Source: a virus (Duplodnaviria; Caudoviricetes). Taken from it: a stretch of 29,588 bases of DNA. Under the pieces are notes generated by a model that did not search any database, had not been told where the DNA came from, and worked only from the letters and a program-made list of their open reading frames with translations. Made by a program: the position numbers and the translations under genes. Location: IMG/VR virus record IMGVR_UViG_3300033067_001290, positions 1 through 29,588 of that record; one strand, written 5' to 3'. Of the stretch, positions 7,732 to 14,832 are shown one piece after another (position 1 is the stretch's first letter; each line of letters starts with the position of its first letter).

Positions 7732-9187
7732 GGAAAATCCTTTCTTGTTCTTCGGTGTCAGCCTGGACCCGCTTGGCCTTTGACAGCACCGTCTCGATCA
7801 TCGGCGCTTCCAGTTCTGTGAATGGGATGTGGACGTTCAGGGGCCTCGTAGACCCGACGCGGTTGGACCGCTTCACGGCCTGATAGAACTCTTCGTATGA
7901 GTCCTGCAGCCCGCTAAAAACCTGCCGCGTGCAGATTTGCAGGTTGAGCCCGAACCCCATGATCTTCGGTTTGCTGATGATGGTGCGGATCTCGCCGGCC
8001 TTGAAAGCGTCGATGATCCGTACCCGTTCCTCGATGGGCGTGTCGCCCGAGATGTTCCCGCTTCCCGGCAATGCTTCATGGATCGCGTCTTGCTCGGCGT
8101 TGTACTTGCACCAGACGATCGTGGACTCGTCCGGCCACGACGCGATCAGGTCGGCGATGTACTTGGTTTTGAGCGTGTCGATCTTCTCGCCGTTGTGGAA
8201 CCCTTTACCGATGCGGGCGATGCGGCCCCGGCTCCCGATCCCGCCCGGTGCCGCCATGAACAGCGCGCCCTCGGAAGTCTGAAATGCGTCACGCTGCTGG
8301 GAAGTCAGACCGACCTCGTGGGTGTGGACGTGGATTGGCGGGATCGTCCCCGTGTTGTCCTTCCACCCGTAGGTAGCCGGGTTGGTCAGGAAGATGCACC
8401 AGTGCGAGAGAGCCCGGTAGAACGCCCCGAGAGCGTGCTTCTTCAACTCCCAACGCTCAGAAGTCTGCCCGCGATTGACAAAGAACCGGGCTAGGAAGCT
8501 GTTCACGGTCGGGTATGCGTCCATGAACACCGCGTGGTTGGCGTACTCAATGCGGTCGTTCGGCGCGGGTGTCCCCGTCAGGCACAGTTTGTACTCGACG
8601 CCTTTCCCCATCTCGATCAGTCGCGTACCCCATGCCCCGTAGTGGTGCTTGAGCATCGACGATTCGTCCAAGATGATCGCGTCCAGCTTGGCCGACGGAA
8701 GTTCGTCGGTGATCGCCTCGTAGTTGGTGATGCCGATTCCGCTGCCGGTCTTCAACCACTCGGCGAGCCCGGCGGCTCGGACCTGCTCAATCTTGACTTT
8801 GCTCCCGTAGAACGTCTTCGCCTCCCTTATGGTCTGCTCGACCACCATCAATGGGGACACGATCAGCACGCGACCATCGGGGTACAGGTCGTGAACGTGC
8901 TTGGCGAACTCCAATAGGATCAGCGTCTTTCCCAGCCCGCAATCTGCGAACACCGAGAACTTCTTCTTCTTGATCGCCAGTCCCGCGATGTCTCGCTGAT
9001 AGTCGAAAGCCTTTCTGTGAGGCTTATAGACCGCCGTTGCTGGTGTTGCTGCGCCAAGCCCCAGCATCGCCGCGTACTCGTCCGGGAACTCGACGGTACT
9101 GCCGGTGACGTTGTACTTAGGCATCTGTTTGACGCGCAGGAATGTCTCGTAGTCGTTGATCGACGTTGGGCTCAGTGTCAGTCTCAT
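7709..9187 (-). CDS. SNF2-like superfamily 2 helicase/ATPase
   Basis: ADCGLGKT (Walker A), ILDESS (Walker B), LTGTP (III), GFGLNLQ (V), QAVKRSNRVG (VI). Start trimmed to MRLTLSP (ATGA overlap). Confidence 0.9.
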   Translation of the reverse strand: MRLTLSPTSINDYETFLRVKQMPKYNVTGSTVEFPDEYAAMLGLGAATPATAVYKPHRKAFDYQRDIAGLAIKKKKFSVFADCGLGKTLILLEFAKHVHDLYPDGRVLIVSPLMVVEQTIREAKTFYGSKVKIEQVRAAGLAEWLKTGSGIGITNYEAITDELPSAKLDAIILDESSMLKHHYGAWGTRLIEMGKGVEYKLCLTGTPAPNDRIEYANHAVFMDAYPTVNSFLARFFVNRGQTSERWELKKHALGAFYRALSHWCIFLTNPATYGWKDNTGTIPPIHVHTHEVGLTSQQRDAFQTSEGALFMAAPGGIGSRGRIARIGKGFHNGEKIDTLKTKYIADLIASWPDESTIVWCKYNAEQDAIHEALPGSGNISGDTPIEERVRIIDAFKAGEIRTIISKPKIMGFGLNLQICTRQVFSGLQDSYEEFYQAVKRSNRVGSTRPLNVHIPFTELEAPMIETVLSKAKRVQADTEEQERIFRDHSIQG

Positions 9188-9471
9188 GCCACCTTCTCCG
9201 CCTTGGTCGTCCGCGTCTCGAAGAACCCGGCGAGCGACGGCTCGCGCTGCATCGCCAATCTCGCCAGCCTGCTCGTGAAATGGTCGTTGAGCCCATACCC
9301 GCCCTCGTTCGCACGAACCCGCTTCTTCCACCGCAGGACGTGCATGAGCGAGTCCGCCGAATGCCGCTCGAATCCCCGCGACTTCGCTTCCAACGCGAGC
9401 GCGATGAAATCGGTGACGACGTGCGGGTTGTCGTGGGACCACTTGTCGAATCTGGCGTCGATGTCATTCAT
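9184..9471 (-). CDS. Conserved-looking phage hypothetical protein (MNDIDARFDKWSHDNP..., 95 aa)
   Basis: F.....NP....F...A......G....S......LRW...LND......ARL pattern recalled from other phage early regions; coupled to the helicase. Confidence 0.7.
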   Translation of the reverse strand: MNDIDARFDKWSHDNPHVVTDFIALALEAKSRGFERHSADSLMHVLRWKKRVRANEGGYGLNDHFTSRLARLAMQREPSLAGFFETRTTKAEKVA

Positions 9472-9521
9472 AATCCCCCGCCGCGACTTCCGCCGCGACG
9501 GGGTTCCCTGGGAGTGATTCC

Positions 9522-9558
9522 GAAATCCCCGGCGTGGCGGCTTAGTTCCCCGCCGGGG
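9522..9558 (-). terminator. GC-rich hairpin followed by AUUUC after recT; weak terminator or processing site
   Basis: ccccggcg (9527-9534) pairs with cgccgggg (9551-9558); only a short U-run follows. Confidence 0.4.
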
Positions 9559-9570
9559 CACACCATCCCA

Positions 9571-10605
9571 CTACTTGCGCCTCGTGGGTTGCGGCTTGTT
9601 CGTCGGCCCGGGGTTGGGAAGGAGGGAACCTTGGGAACCAGCCTTCGCTCTCAGCGCGTCCATCTCTGAAACGATGTCGGACGGGTCAAAGGGTGCTTTG
9701 TCGGTGCCCTGCGCCGCCGCCTTGTCCTCGTCCATCTCGCGGGCCAGCTCAGCAACCTCATCGGCGGGTGCTTCGGGCAGGGACGCGATCGGATCGGTCG
9801 GCGCCGCCGGCGTGGGCTCGGCTTCGGGGATCGCGTCAATTGCCTGGCTCACGTCCTGCCGAACCTGCGCAGTCGTCGGCTCAACCTTCGCCGGGATGTC
9901 CTGCTCTTCCTCGACGATCCCCAGCCCGCCCAGCACGTCAGGGAACGCATCGCGGATCGAGAACGCCCGCGCCCGCGGCTCAACCGGCTCAACCTTCGCC
10001 GGGATGTCCTGCTCTTCCTCGACGATCCCCAGCCCGCCCAGCACGTCAGGGAACGCATCGCGGATCGAGAACGCCCGCGCCCGCATTTGAAGCATCCGCT
10101 CGGGGTACTGCGTCCACGGCCCAGCCTTGCCCCACAGCCCGGCGCGCTTGGCATCGGCCACGCTGAACGACCGCGTGATCGGCTCGGACTGCCCACGCCG
10201 GACGCTCGTGCATGTCGCAACGGACTTGTCCGCCGACAACTTCTCATCGACCGACACGCACAAGGGAGAACGCCGCACCAGACCGAGCGCCGCATCTCCC
10301 CACACGGCGGGTCGGTTGTTGACGATCATCAAGCCTTTCAGGGACGCGATCGGCGGCAATCCGATCTCCATGCCCGCGGCGAGCAAGAGCGTTGCCTGAG
10401 CGAGTGTCGTAACACCCTTGGGAACCATCCCCGTGTTCATCACCCACGAGGCCAAACGCTGGACGCCCTCGAACTCGGACGGGACGAGAGCGCCGCCGAT
10501 GATGTTGATGGTCGTCCGGTCCTTCGCCAAGAGTTGCCCGAGAGGGGAAGGTGCCCCCGTCGTTGCCGCCGCCTCGGTCGCTGTCATGCCTTGCATCTGA
10601 CTCAC
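9571..10605 (-). CDS. RecT-like single-strand annealing protein with an internal 36-aa duplication
   Basis: GMEIGLPP..SL..L.IVNNRPAVWGD, AKRAGLWGKAGPWTQYPERML..RA.AF..RDAFPDVLGGL; acidic Pro/Ala tail; GGAGGT RBS; coupled to the exonuclease. Confidence 0.85.
   Translation of the reverse strand: MSQMQGMTATEAAATTGAPSPLGQLLAKDRTTINIIGGALVPSEFEGVQRLASWVMNTGMVPKGVTTLAQATLLLAAGMEIGLPPIASLKGLMIVNNRPAVWGDAALGLVRRSPLCVSVDEKLSADKSVATCTSVRRGQSEPITRSFSVADAKRAGLWGKAGPWTQYPERMLQMRARAFSIRDAFPDVLGGLGIVEEEQDIPAKVEPVEPRARAFSIRDAFPDVLGGLGIVEEEQDIPAKVEPTTAQVRQDVSQAIDAIPEAEPTPAAPTDPIASLPEAPADEVAELAREMDEDKAAAQGTDKAPFDPSDIVSEMDALRAKAGSQGSLLPNPGPTNKPQPTRRK
9877..10084. repeat. Perfect 100-bp direct repeat, period 108 bp
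   Basis: 9877-9976 is identical to 9985-10084, with an 8-bp spacer ggctcaac. Confidence 0.95.
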
Positions 10606-11456
10606 TGTGACACCTCCGCCCACCGTTTGAGAACCCACGCCGGGAGCCCGACCGAGCGAACGCCGCTCGGGTACCCCGGCCACACACCAGTTTTCTTGCA
10701 CTCGGCAATCTGCCGAATCGCGTTCCGCACCATGTCACGCCCAACCTGCATCGCGGGCTCGTCCAGCCGATCGACGCTCACGCCGTGCGGAGCGTCGGAC
10801 TCAACCACCAGGAACACGAACGAAATCGCCTCGCCCCGCGACGCCCAAGCCTCTTCGTACAGCGCGGCCTGCGTGTGGTACCCGTACTTGAAGATCGACC
10901 GCTCCCACTCGTCTAGGCTCGCGTCCTGAGTCGTCTTGATGTCCACGCACAGCCGGGGCCGCGTGCTGTCGATCACCTTGTCGCACCGTGCTTTGAGCCT
11001 CAGCCCGGTTTCCGCGTCGTCCCAGATAACCACGACCTCGACCCGGCCCTTTGCCGCCGCGAGCTTGCGGGCCTCGGGGTGTGCGCTGATCGCTTTGGAC
11101 ATCGACCGCACGAGTAGATCATCCTCGGCGCTGATGATCGTCTTGCCGTCGTTCTCCAGATAGAACCCATCGCGTACGGCCTTCCCAATCGTGGTCCGCG
11201 CGTCAAACTTCGGCAGCACCGCCACCAGCTCGGAGTAGCGGGCCCGTTCCAACGTCCAAGCGTGTAACGCGGTTCCGAGCTTCATCGCGTCGGTCGGCGG
11301 CGTGTACGGGCGATTCATGTACGCCAGAACGTGCGCCATGCTGCGCCCGATGCCCTGCTTGATCGCCGAGTGATTCACCGCGTCCATCGCGCAGTAGTCC
11401 GCGAATGGCACGTTCTCGTAAACGCCGGGCTCCACCCGCTTCTTCTCACTCGCCAT
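10602..11456 (-). CDS. PD-(D/E)XK exonuclease, ExoVIII/RecE C-terminal (DUF3799)-like
   Basis: PGVYENVP..DY, AMKLGTALH...LE, EVVVIWDD.ETG...KARCD, VDIKTT, YGYHTQAALY, FVFLVVE. AAGGAG RBS before the ATG at 11456. Confidence 0.9.
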   Translation of the reverse strand: MASEKKRVEPGVYENVPFADYCAMDAVNHSAIKQGIGRSMAHVLAYMNRPYTPPTDAMKLGTALHAWTLERARYSELVAVLPKFDARTTIGKAVRDGFYLENDGKTIISAEDDLLVRSMSKAISAHPEARKLAAAKGRVEVVVIWDDAETGLRLKARCDKVIDSTRPRLCVDIKTTQDASLDEWERSIFKYGYHTQAALYEEAWASRGEAISFVFLVVESDAPHGVSVDRLDEPAMQVGRDMVRNAIRQIAECKKTGVWPGYPSGVRSVGLPAWVLKRWAEVSQ

Positions 11457-11616
11457 TGGCGGGCTCCTTGGGGGTATGCTCGTACGCAGCGAATCCCACA
11501 ACCAAGCTCAGCAGAACGCACACCGCCAGGCTCGTGCTCTCGTCGCGGATGAACTTCGCACTGACGAATGCGATCACCCCGCACAACAGAATCGAAATCA
11601 ACTCTCGACGGGACAT
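11446..11616 (-). CDS. Small two-TM membrane protein, 56 aa (not in the ORF track)
   Basis: AGGAGG RBS; MSRRELISILLCGVIAFVSAKFIRDESTSLAVCVLLSLVVGFAAYEHTPKEPANGE*; stop overlaps the exonuclease start. Confidence 0.7.
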   Translation of the reverse strand: MSRRELISILLCGVIAFVSAKFIRDESTSLAVCVLLSLVVGFAAYEHTPKEPANGE

Positions 11617-11628
11617 GCTTCCTCCTAA

Positions 11629-11706
11629 CGCCGGGGGCGGGAGTCGAACCCGCGCTCCTGAACTCGGTGCGACCGATCCATTGCTCTACCACTGAGCTAC
11701 CCCGGC
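11629..11706 (-). tRNA. tRNA-like RNA B: canonical acceptor, D and T arms; elongated anticodon arm; no encoded CCA
   Basis: GCCGGGG-UA-GCUC-AGUGGUA-GAGC-AA-UGGA-UCGGU-CGC-ACCGA-G-UUCA-GGAGC-GCGGG-UUCGACU-CCCGC-CCCCGGC-G (78 nt). Confidence 0.8.
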
Positions 11707-11708
11707 AA

Positions 11709-11806
11709 TGCTGCGTGCGGGGCTTGATACCCGCTGGACGTGGGGGCAAGCCCTCGCACATCCACAATCGCCGTGCGATCTGCGTGTCCCTCCACGCCGA
11801 CGCAGC
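11709..11806 (-). ncRNA. tRNA-like RNA A: cloverleaf with collapsed anticodon loop, very long variable arm and 8-nt T-loop
   Basis: GCUGCGU-CG-GCGUG-GAGGGA-CACGC-A-GAUCGC-ACG-GCGAUU-G-UGGAUGUG-CGA-GGGC-UU-GCCC-C-CACGUCCA-GCGGG-UAUCAAGC-CCCGC-ACGCAGC-A (98 nt); perfect 7-bp acceptor and 5-bp T stems. Confidence 0.7.
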
Positions 11807-11810
11807 AAGA

Positions 11811-11936
11811 TCACTTTGTCAACAACGACTTCGCCTCACGCAGTCCCGCAAGACGGCCCTTCTCTCTCCCACACCAAGAGCCGAATTGAAACACTGCGAT
11901 AGACCACGCAAGAATCACCCACTCGTTGATGTACAC
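11811..11936 (-). CDS. Small single-TM protein, 41 aa (not in the ORF track)
   Basis: GAAAGG RBS, GTG start; MYINEWVILAWSIAVFQFGSWCGREKGRLAGLREAKSLLTK*; stops 4 nt before RNA A. Confidence 0.6.
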   Translation of the reverse strand: MYINEWVILAWSIAVFQFGSWCGREKGRLAGLREAKSLLTK

Positions 11937-11952
11937 GGATGAACCTTTCTGT

Positions 11953-11986
11953 GAAATCCCGGCGCGACGCTTCCGCCCCGCGCCGG
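11953..11986 (-). terminator. GC-rich hairpin with GGAA tetraloop followed by GAUUUC
   Basis: ccggcgcg (11959-11966) pairs with cgcgccgg (11979-11986); intergenic. Confidence 0.4.
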
Positions 11987-12004
11987 TTCGGAGGAGAGAA
12001 GAGG

Positions 12005-12307
12005 TCAGTCGTTGATGCCGTCAATCACGTCGGGATCGCTCTCGTTCACCGCGTCACAAGCCGCCTCAGTCAGCGACTTGCTGTCCACCACCACAGCCGT
12101 CGCCTCGTTGCTCCAACTGTTCCGCGAACCCGTCATGTGGTTGCCGCTGATGCTCGGCGGATCGCAACCGTCGTCGTCTTGTTCACGCTCGAAGTACACA
12201 CGGACCTTGAACGTCAGTTCGCGCGTGATCTCGACCACCTTGTAATCGCCGGTGGGTTCGGGGCGGGGCTTGGCTGCTTCGATGAGGGCGGGGATGTGGA
12301 GGCTCAT
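12005..12307 (-). CDS. Acidic hypothetical protein (100 aa)
   Basis: ATGA coupling to the upstream gene. Confidence 0.6.
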   Translation of the reverse strand: MSLHIPALIEAAKPRPEPTGDYKVVEITRELTFKVRVYFEREQDDDGCDPPSISGNHMTGSRNSWSNEATAVVVDSKSLTEAACDAVNESDPDVIDGIND

Positions 12308-13296
12308 ACGGCACCGCCGATCGTCTCAGCTTCGGTACGGATCTTGGCGGCAAACGCTTTCAGGGCGGACCTTGCACGCTCCGCAAACGCCTTGCCATCG
12401 TCGGTCTTGAACTCAGGGAACGGAATCGACTCAATGTCCGTTGCAAGAGCCAGCATCTTTTGAGCGTCCGGCGCTGCCGCCGCCTTCTTCGCGGCCCGAG
12501 CTTCGGAGGCAAGCCGCTTCTTTTCAGCTTCGGCACGGGCTGCGGCATCGCGCTCTACCGCTTCTCTCGCCTCGCGTTCCTTGCGTGCAACCGCCTCGGC
12601 TGCCTCACGCTTGGCGCGCTCTTCGGCCTCAACCTTCGCACGTTCGGCCCGCAACTCCGCTTCCTTGCGTTCATGCTCCTCGCGCTGCTTGCGGTTCTCT
12701 TCCTGCAAACGCTGAACTTCCGCAACGCGCTGCCGTTCCAACTCTGCTCGCTCGGCTTCGGCCTTTCGTGCTGCCTCTTCCCGCGCTGCTATCGCAAGCC
12801 TGGTGTTTTCAACCAATTCGACGAACGCCGCTTCGGGCATGGTTCCAAGCTGATAACTGCCGCCGTCAATCCCCAACTTCGCCAACTCAGCATGGCGGGT
12901 AGATCGGAGGGCTTCACGCTGAGCCAGAATCGCCCGCTCCTCGAACTCTTCGCACGCCAAAAGTCGAGCCTCTTCCGGTTCCGTCTGATCGCTGATCCAG
13001 TTGCCGCACGCATCGACCGCGCGCCCACCGGCAAGATACTCGGCCTTCAACGCCTTGCGGACCTTCTCGGCCCTGACCCGAACGTCTTTGAGTCCGAGCC
13101 GGACGCGGCGAGCCTCTTTCATCGCGTCACGCTGGGTAACGTCTGTAACGTTTACGGACTTCGCGTCGGCCATCAACCGGCCAGCCTCAGCGACCAGCGG
13201 TGTCAGTTCGGCAAGCAACGTCTCTGCCTTGGCGATCGGAAGCCCACTCGACTTGATGATCTCGGCCAACTGCGAATCGTGTTGAATCGTGCTCAC
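12304..13296 (-). CDS. Long coiled-coil phage early protein (330 aa)
   Basis: ARRVRLGLKDVRVRAEKVRKALK...GRAVD followed by an A/E/R/K-rich helix; GTGA coupling. Confidence 0.75.
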   Translation of the reverse strand: MSTIQHDSQLAEIIKSSGLPIAKAETLLAELTPLVAEAGRLMADAKSVNVTDVTQRDAMKEARRVRLGLKDVRVRAEKVRKALKAEYLAGGRAVDACGNWISDQTEPEEARLLACEEFEERAILAQREALRSTRHAELAKLGIDGGSYQLGTMPEAAFVELVENTRLAIAAREEAARKAEAERAELERQRVAEVQRLQEENRKQREEHERKEAELRAERAKVEAEERAKREAAEAVARKEREAREAVERDAAARAEAEKKRLASEARAAKKAAAAPDAQKMLALATDIESIPFPEFKTDDGKAFAERARSALKAFAAKIRTEAETIGGAV

Positions 13297-13940
13297 GCAA
13301 CACCCCCATTCGCCCAGCGGTACAGCACATACGCGACGAACAGGCACGCCAGCGCCACGAACAGCCACTTGGCAGACTCGGCCACCTCCAACCCATTCCG
13401 CCCCTGCCCGCCCTTCACAAGCGGCGTGGTGTGGCCCAGCGTGTCGAGGCGGTTGCCTGCGACGGCACGGTCCATGAACGCGGTGCCGGAGGTGGGGTCT
13501 TTCAAGAGCTTCGTCGTGGCGTTGAACGGATTGCCCAGGTTATAGCTGTGGATGCGGTTGCCTGCGAAGCGGTTCTGCATCAGAAGGTATTCGCGCTCCT
13601 TCTCGGAAATGTCGCGCGTGTCGGGTGCCGGGCAATTCCGAGCGACGTTGAGCCTCAGACCTTCCTTGCGGCCATCGCGCCGACCCAAGAGGAAGATGTC
13701 GATGTCACCCTCGCCGATGTCGCTTGGCTTCCAGCCCTTCGCACCAGCAATGAAGCGCCGTGCGTACTCCGTAGCCGCCTCATTCACCCCCGCCGCATCG
13801 CACGCCGCCGCGTCGATGGTGGGGGACTTCATAGCCTCGACATCGGCGGCAATGGCGTCGAGAATGTGTTTCTCGTTGACGCTGAGTTCCCGCACGGTGT
13901 CGGCGTGGGCAATCTGGCCCGTTGTCAGTGGCATGTTCAT
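13293..13940 (-). CDS. Hypothetical protein with a C-terminal TM helix (215 aa)
   Basis: GAAAGGA RBS before the ATG at 13940; C-terminal WLFVALACLFVAYVLY. Confidence 0.65.
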   Translation of the reverse strand: MNMPLTTGQIAHADTVRELSVNEKHILDAIAADVEAMKSPTIDAAACDAAGVNEAATEYARRFIAGAKGWKPSDIGEGDIDIFLLGRRDGRKEGLRLNVARNCPAPDTRDISEKEREYLLMQNRFAGNRIHSYNLGNPFNATTKLLKDPTSGTAFMDRAVAGNRLDTLGHTTPLVKGGQGRNGLEVAESAKWLFVALACLFVAYVLYRWANGGVA

Positions 13941-14007
13941 CGTCGGTCCTTTCAATGATGGGGAAAGCCCCCCGCGCGTTCCCACCCGCGAGGGGCACGA
14001 GGAGGAG

Positions 14008-14208
14008 CTAACCGCGGCTGATCTTCTGAATCCGCATCCGCTCACGGCGGGCGATGATCTCGGCCCGACGCTTGGGGCTCAGCTTGCGGAACAAATCCAC
14101 GCCGATCTCGATCAGGTCGGTCGTGTGCAGGCTGTACTTGTCCCGCTCGCTGGCGATCAGGTTCAACACCTTCGGGTGAACGGTGATTGATGTACGTTCC
14201 TTGTCCAT
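14008..14208 (-). CDS. Small DNA-binding regulator, ribbon-helix-helix-like (66 aa), probably leaderless
   Basis: MDKERTSITVHPKVLNLI...: alternating beta strand then two helices; first gene after a consensus promoter; no SD. Confidence 0.6.
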   Translation of the reverse strand: MDKERTSITVHPKVLNLIASERDKYSLHTTDLIEIGVDLFRKLSPKRRAEIIARRERMRIQKISRG

Positions 14209-14214
14209 AACGGG

Positions 14215-14243
14215 AGTATCGGATATGCACACACCCGTGTCAA
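14215..14243 (-). promoter_or_regulatory. Sigma70-type early promoter
   Basis: TTGACA (14243-14238), 17 bp, GATACT (14220-14215), 6 nt, then ATG. AT-rich upstream with a second TTGACA 23 bp away. Confidence 0.8.
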
Positions 14244-14358
14244 CAATCTTTTTTCGATTTTGTCAAAAACCACAGCGCGGAATCGCCGTAAGACGTTCGT
14301 AGTCAAATGCTTGCGTCGTTTTAGAAAAATCGCAGTCCCCAAAGGTGGGGCGTCCATA

Positions 14359-14832
14359 CTACCGCTTGCGCGACTTTCGCGGTAATCGATCGTACATCCC
14401 TGCGACTTTGCGCTCGATACGCTGTAGGTGCAACGACACCCCGGACTCGCTCCGCCCGATACGCTGGGCAATCTGGCCCCGCGTCAGACCGCCCGCGACC
14501 ATCCGCCACACCGCGGCCTCACGATGGTTGAGAACTTGGGGAACTTCGGGGATCGACCAGTCACGCGGTTCGTGCGAACTCTGGTCCCAGCCTTCGAGCT
14601 GCACGTGAACCCGCTTGTCCCGCCCCCGGTGGGTGCTGAGCCGGTACAGGTCGATCTTGCGGAATCGGTAGGTGCTCAGTACGAACCCGATGAACGACGG
14701 TGATTTCGCCGGGTCAAACTTCTCGACCACCCGCCGCCCGACCTCGTAGATCAGCCCCGCCTCTTCGTTGAGCCCGTAGGCCACCAGATGGGCGGTAAGC
14801 TCGCCCATGAGCCGTTCCTGCTCCGGGCTCAC
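14359..14832 (-). CDS. Sigma-70 region 4 / LuxR-type HTH protein (ECF-sigma-like; possible late activator)
   Basis: KFDPAKSPSFIGF...FRKIDLYR (region-2-like) and LNHREAAVWRMVAGGLTRGQIAQRIGRSESGVSLHLQRI (HTH). Confidence 0.75.
   Translation of the reverse strand: MSPEQERLMGELTAHLVAYGLNEEAGLIYEVGRRVVEKFDPAKSPSFIGFVLSTYRFRKIDLYRLSTHRGRDKRVHVQLEGWDQSSHEPRDWSIPEVPQVLNHREAAVWRMVAGGLTRGQIAQRIGRSESGVSLHLQRIERKVAGMYDRLPRKSRKR

Noticed and set aside
7709-7745. Programmed frameshift fusing the helicase to the amino-MTase
   Set aside because: The MTase has its own GAAAGGA RBS and GTG start, and no canonical slippery heptamer was seen in the overlap.
9877-10084. Direct repeat as a CRISPR array or a DGR template/variable repeat pair
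   Set aside because: Only two long, identical, in-frame copies inside a gene; no spacers, no adenine-specific mismatches, and no cas or reverse-transcriptase gene in the window.
11629-11660. tRNA 3' half as an attP/attL integration site
   Set aside because: The element is a full cloverleaf inside a co-oriented operon, with no integrase or host-gene boundary nearby and no second copy in the window.
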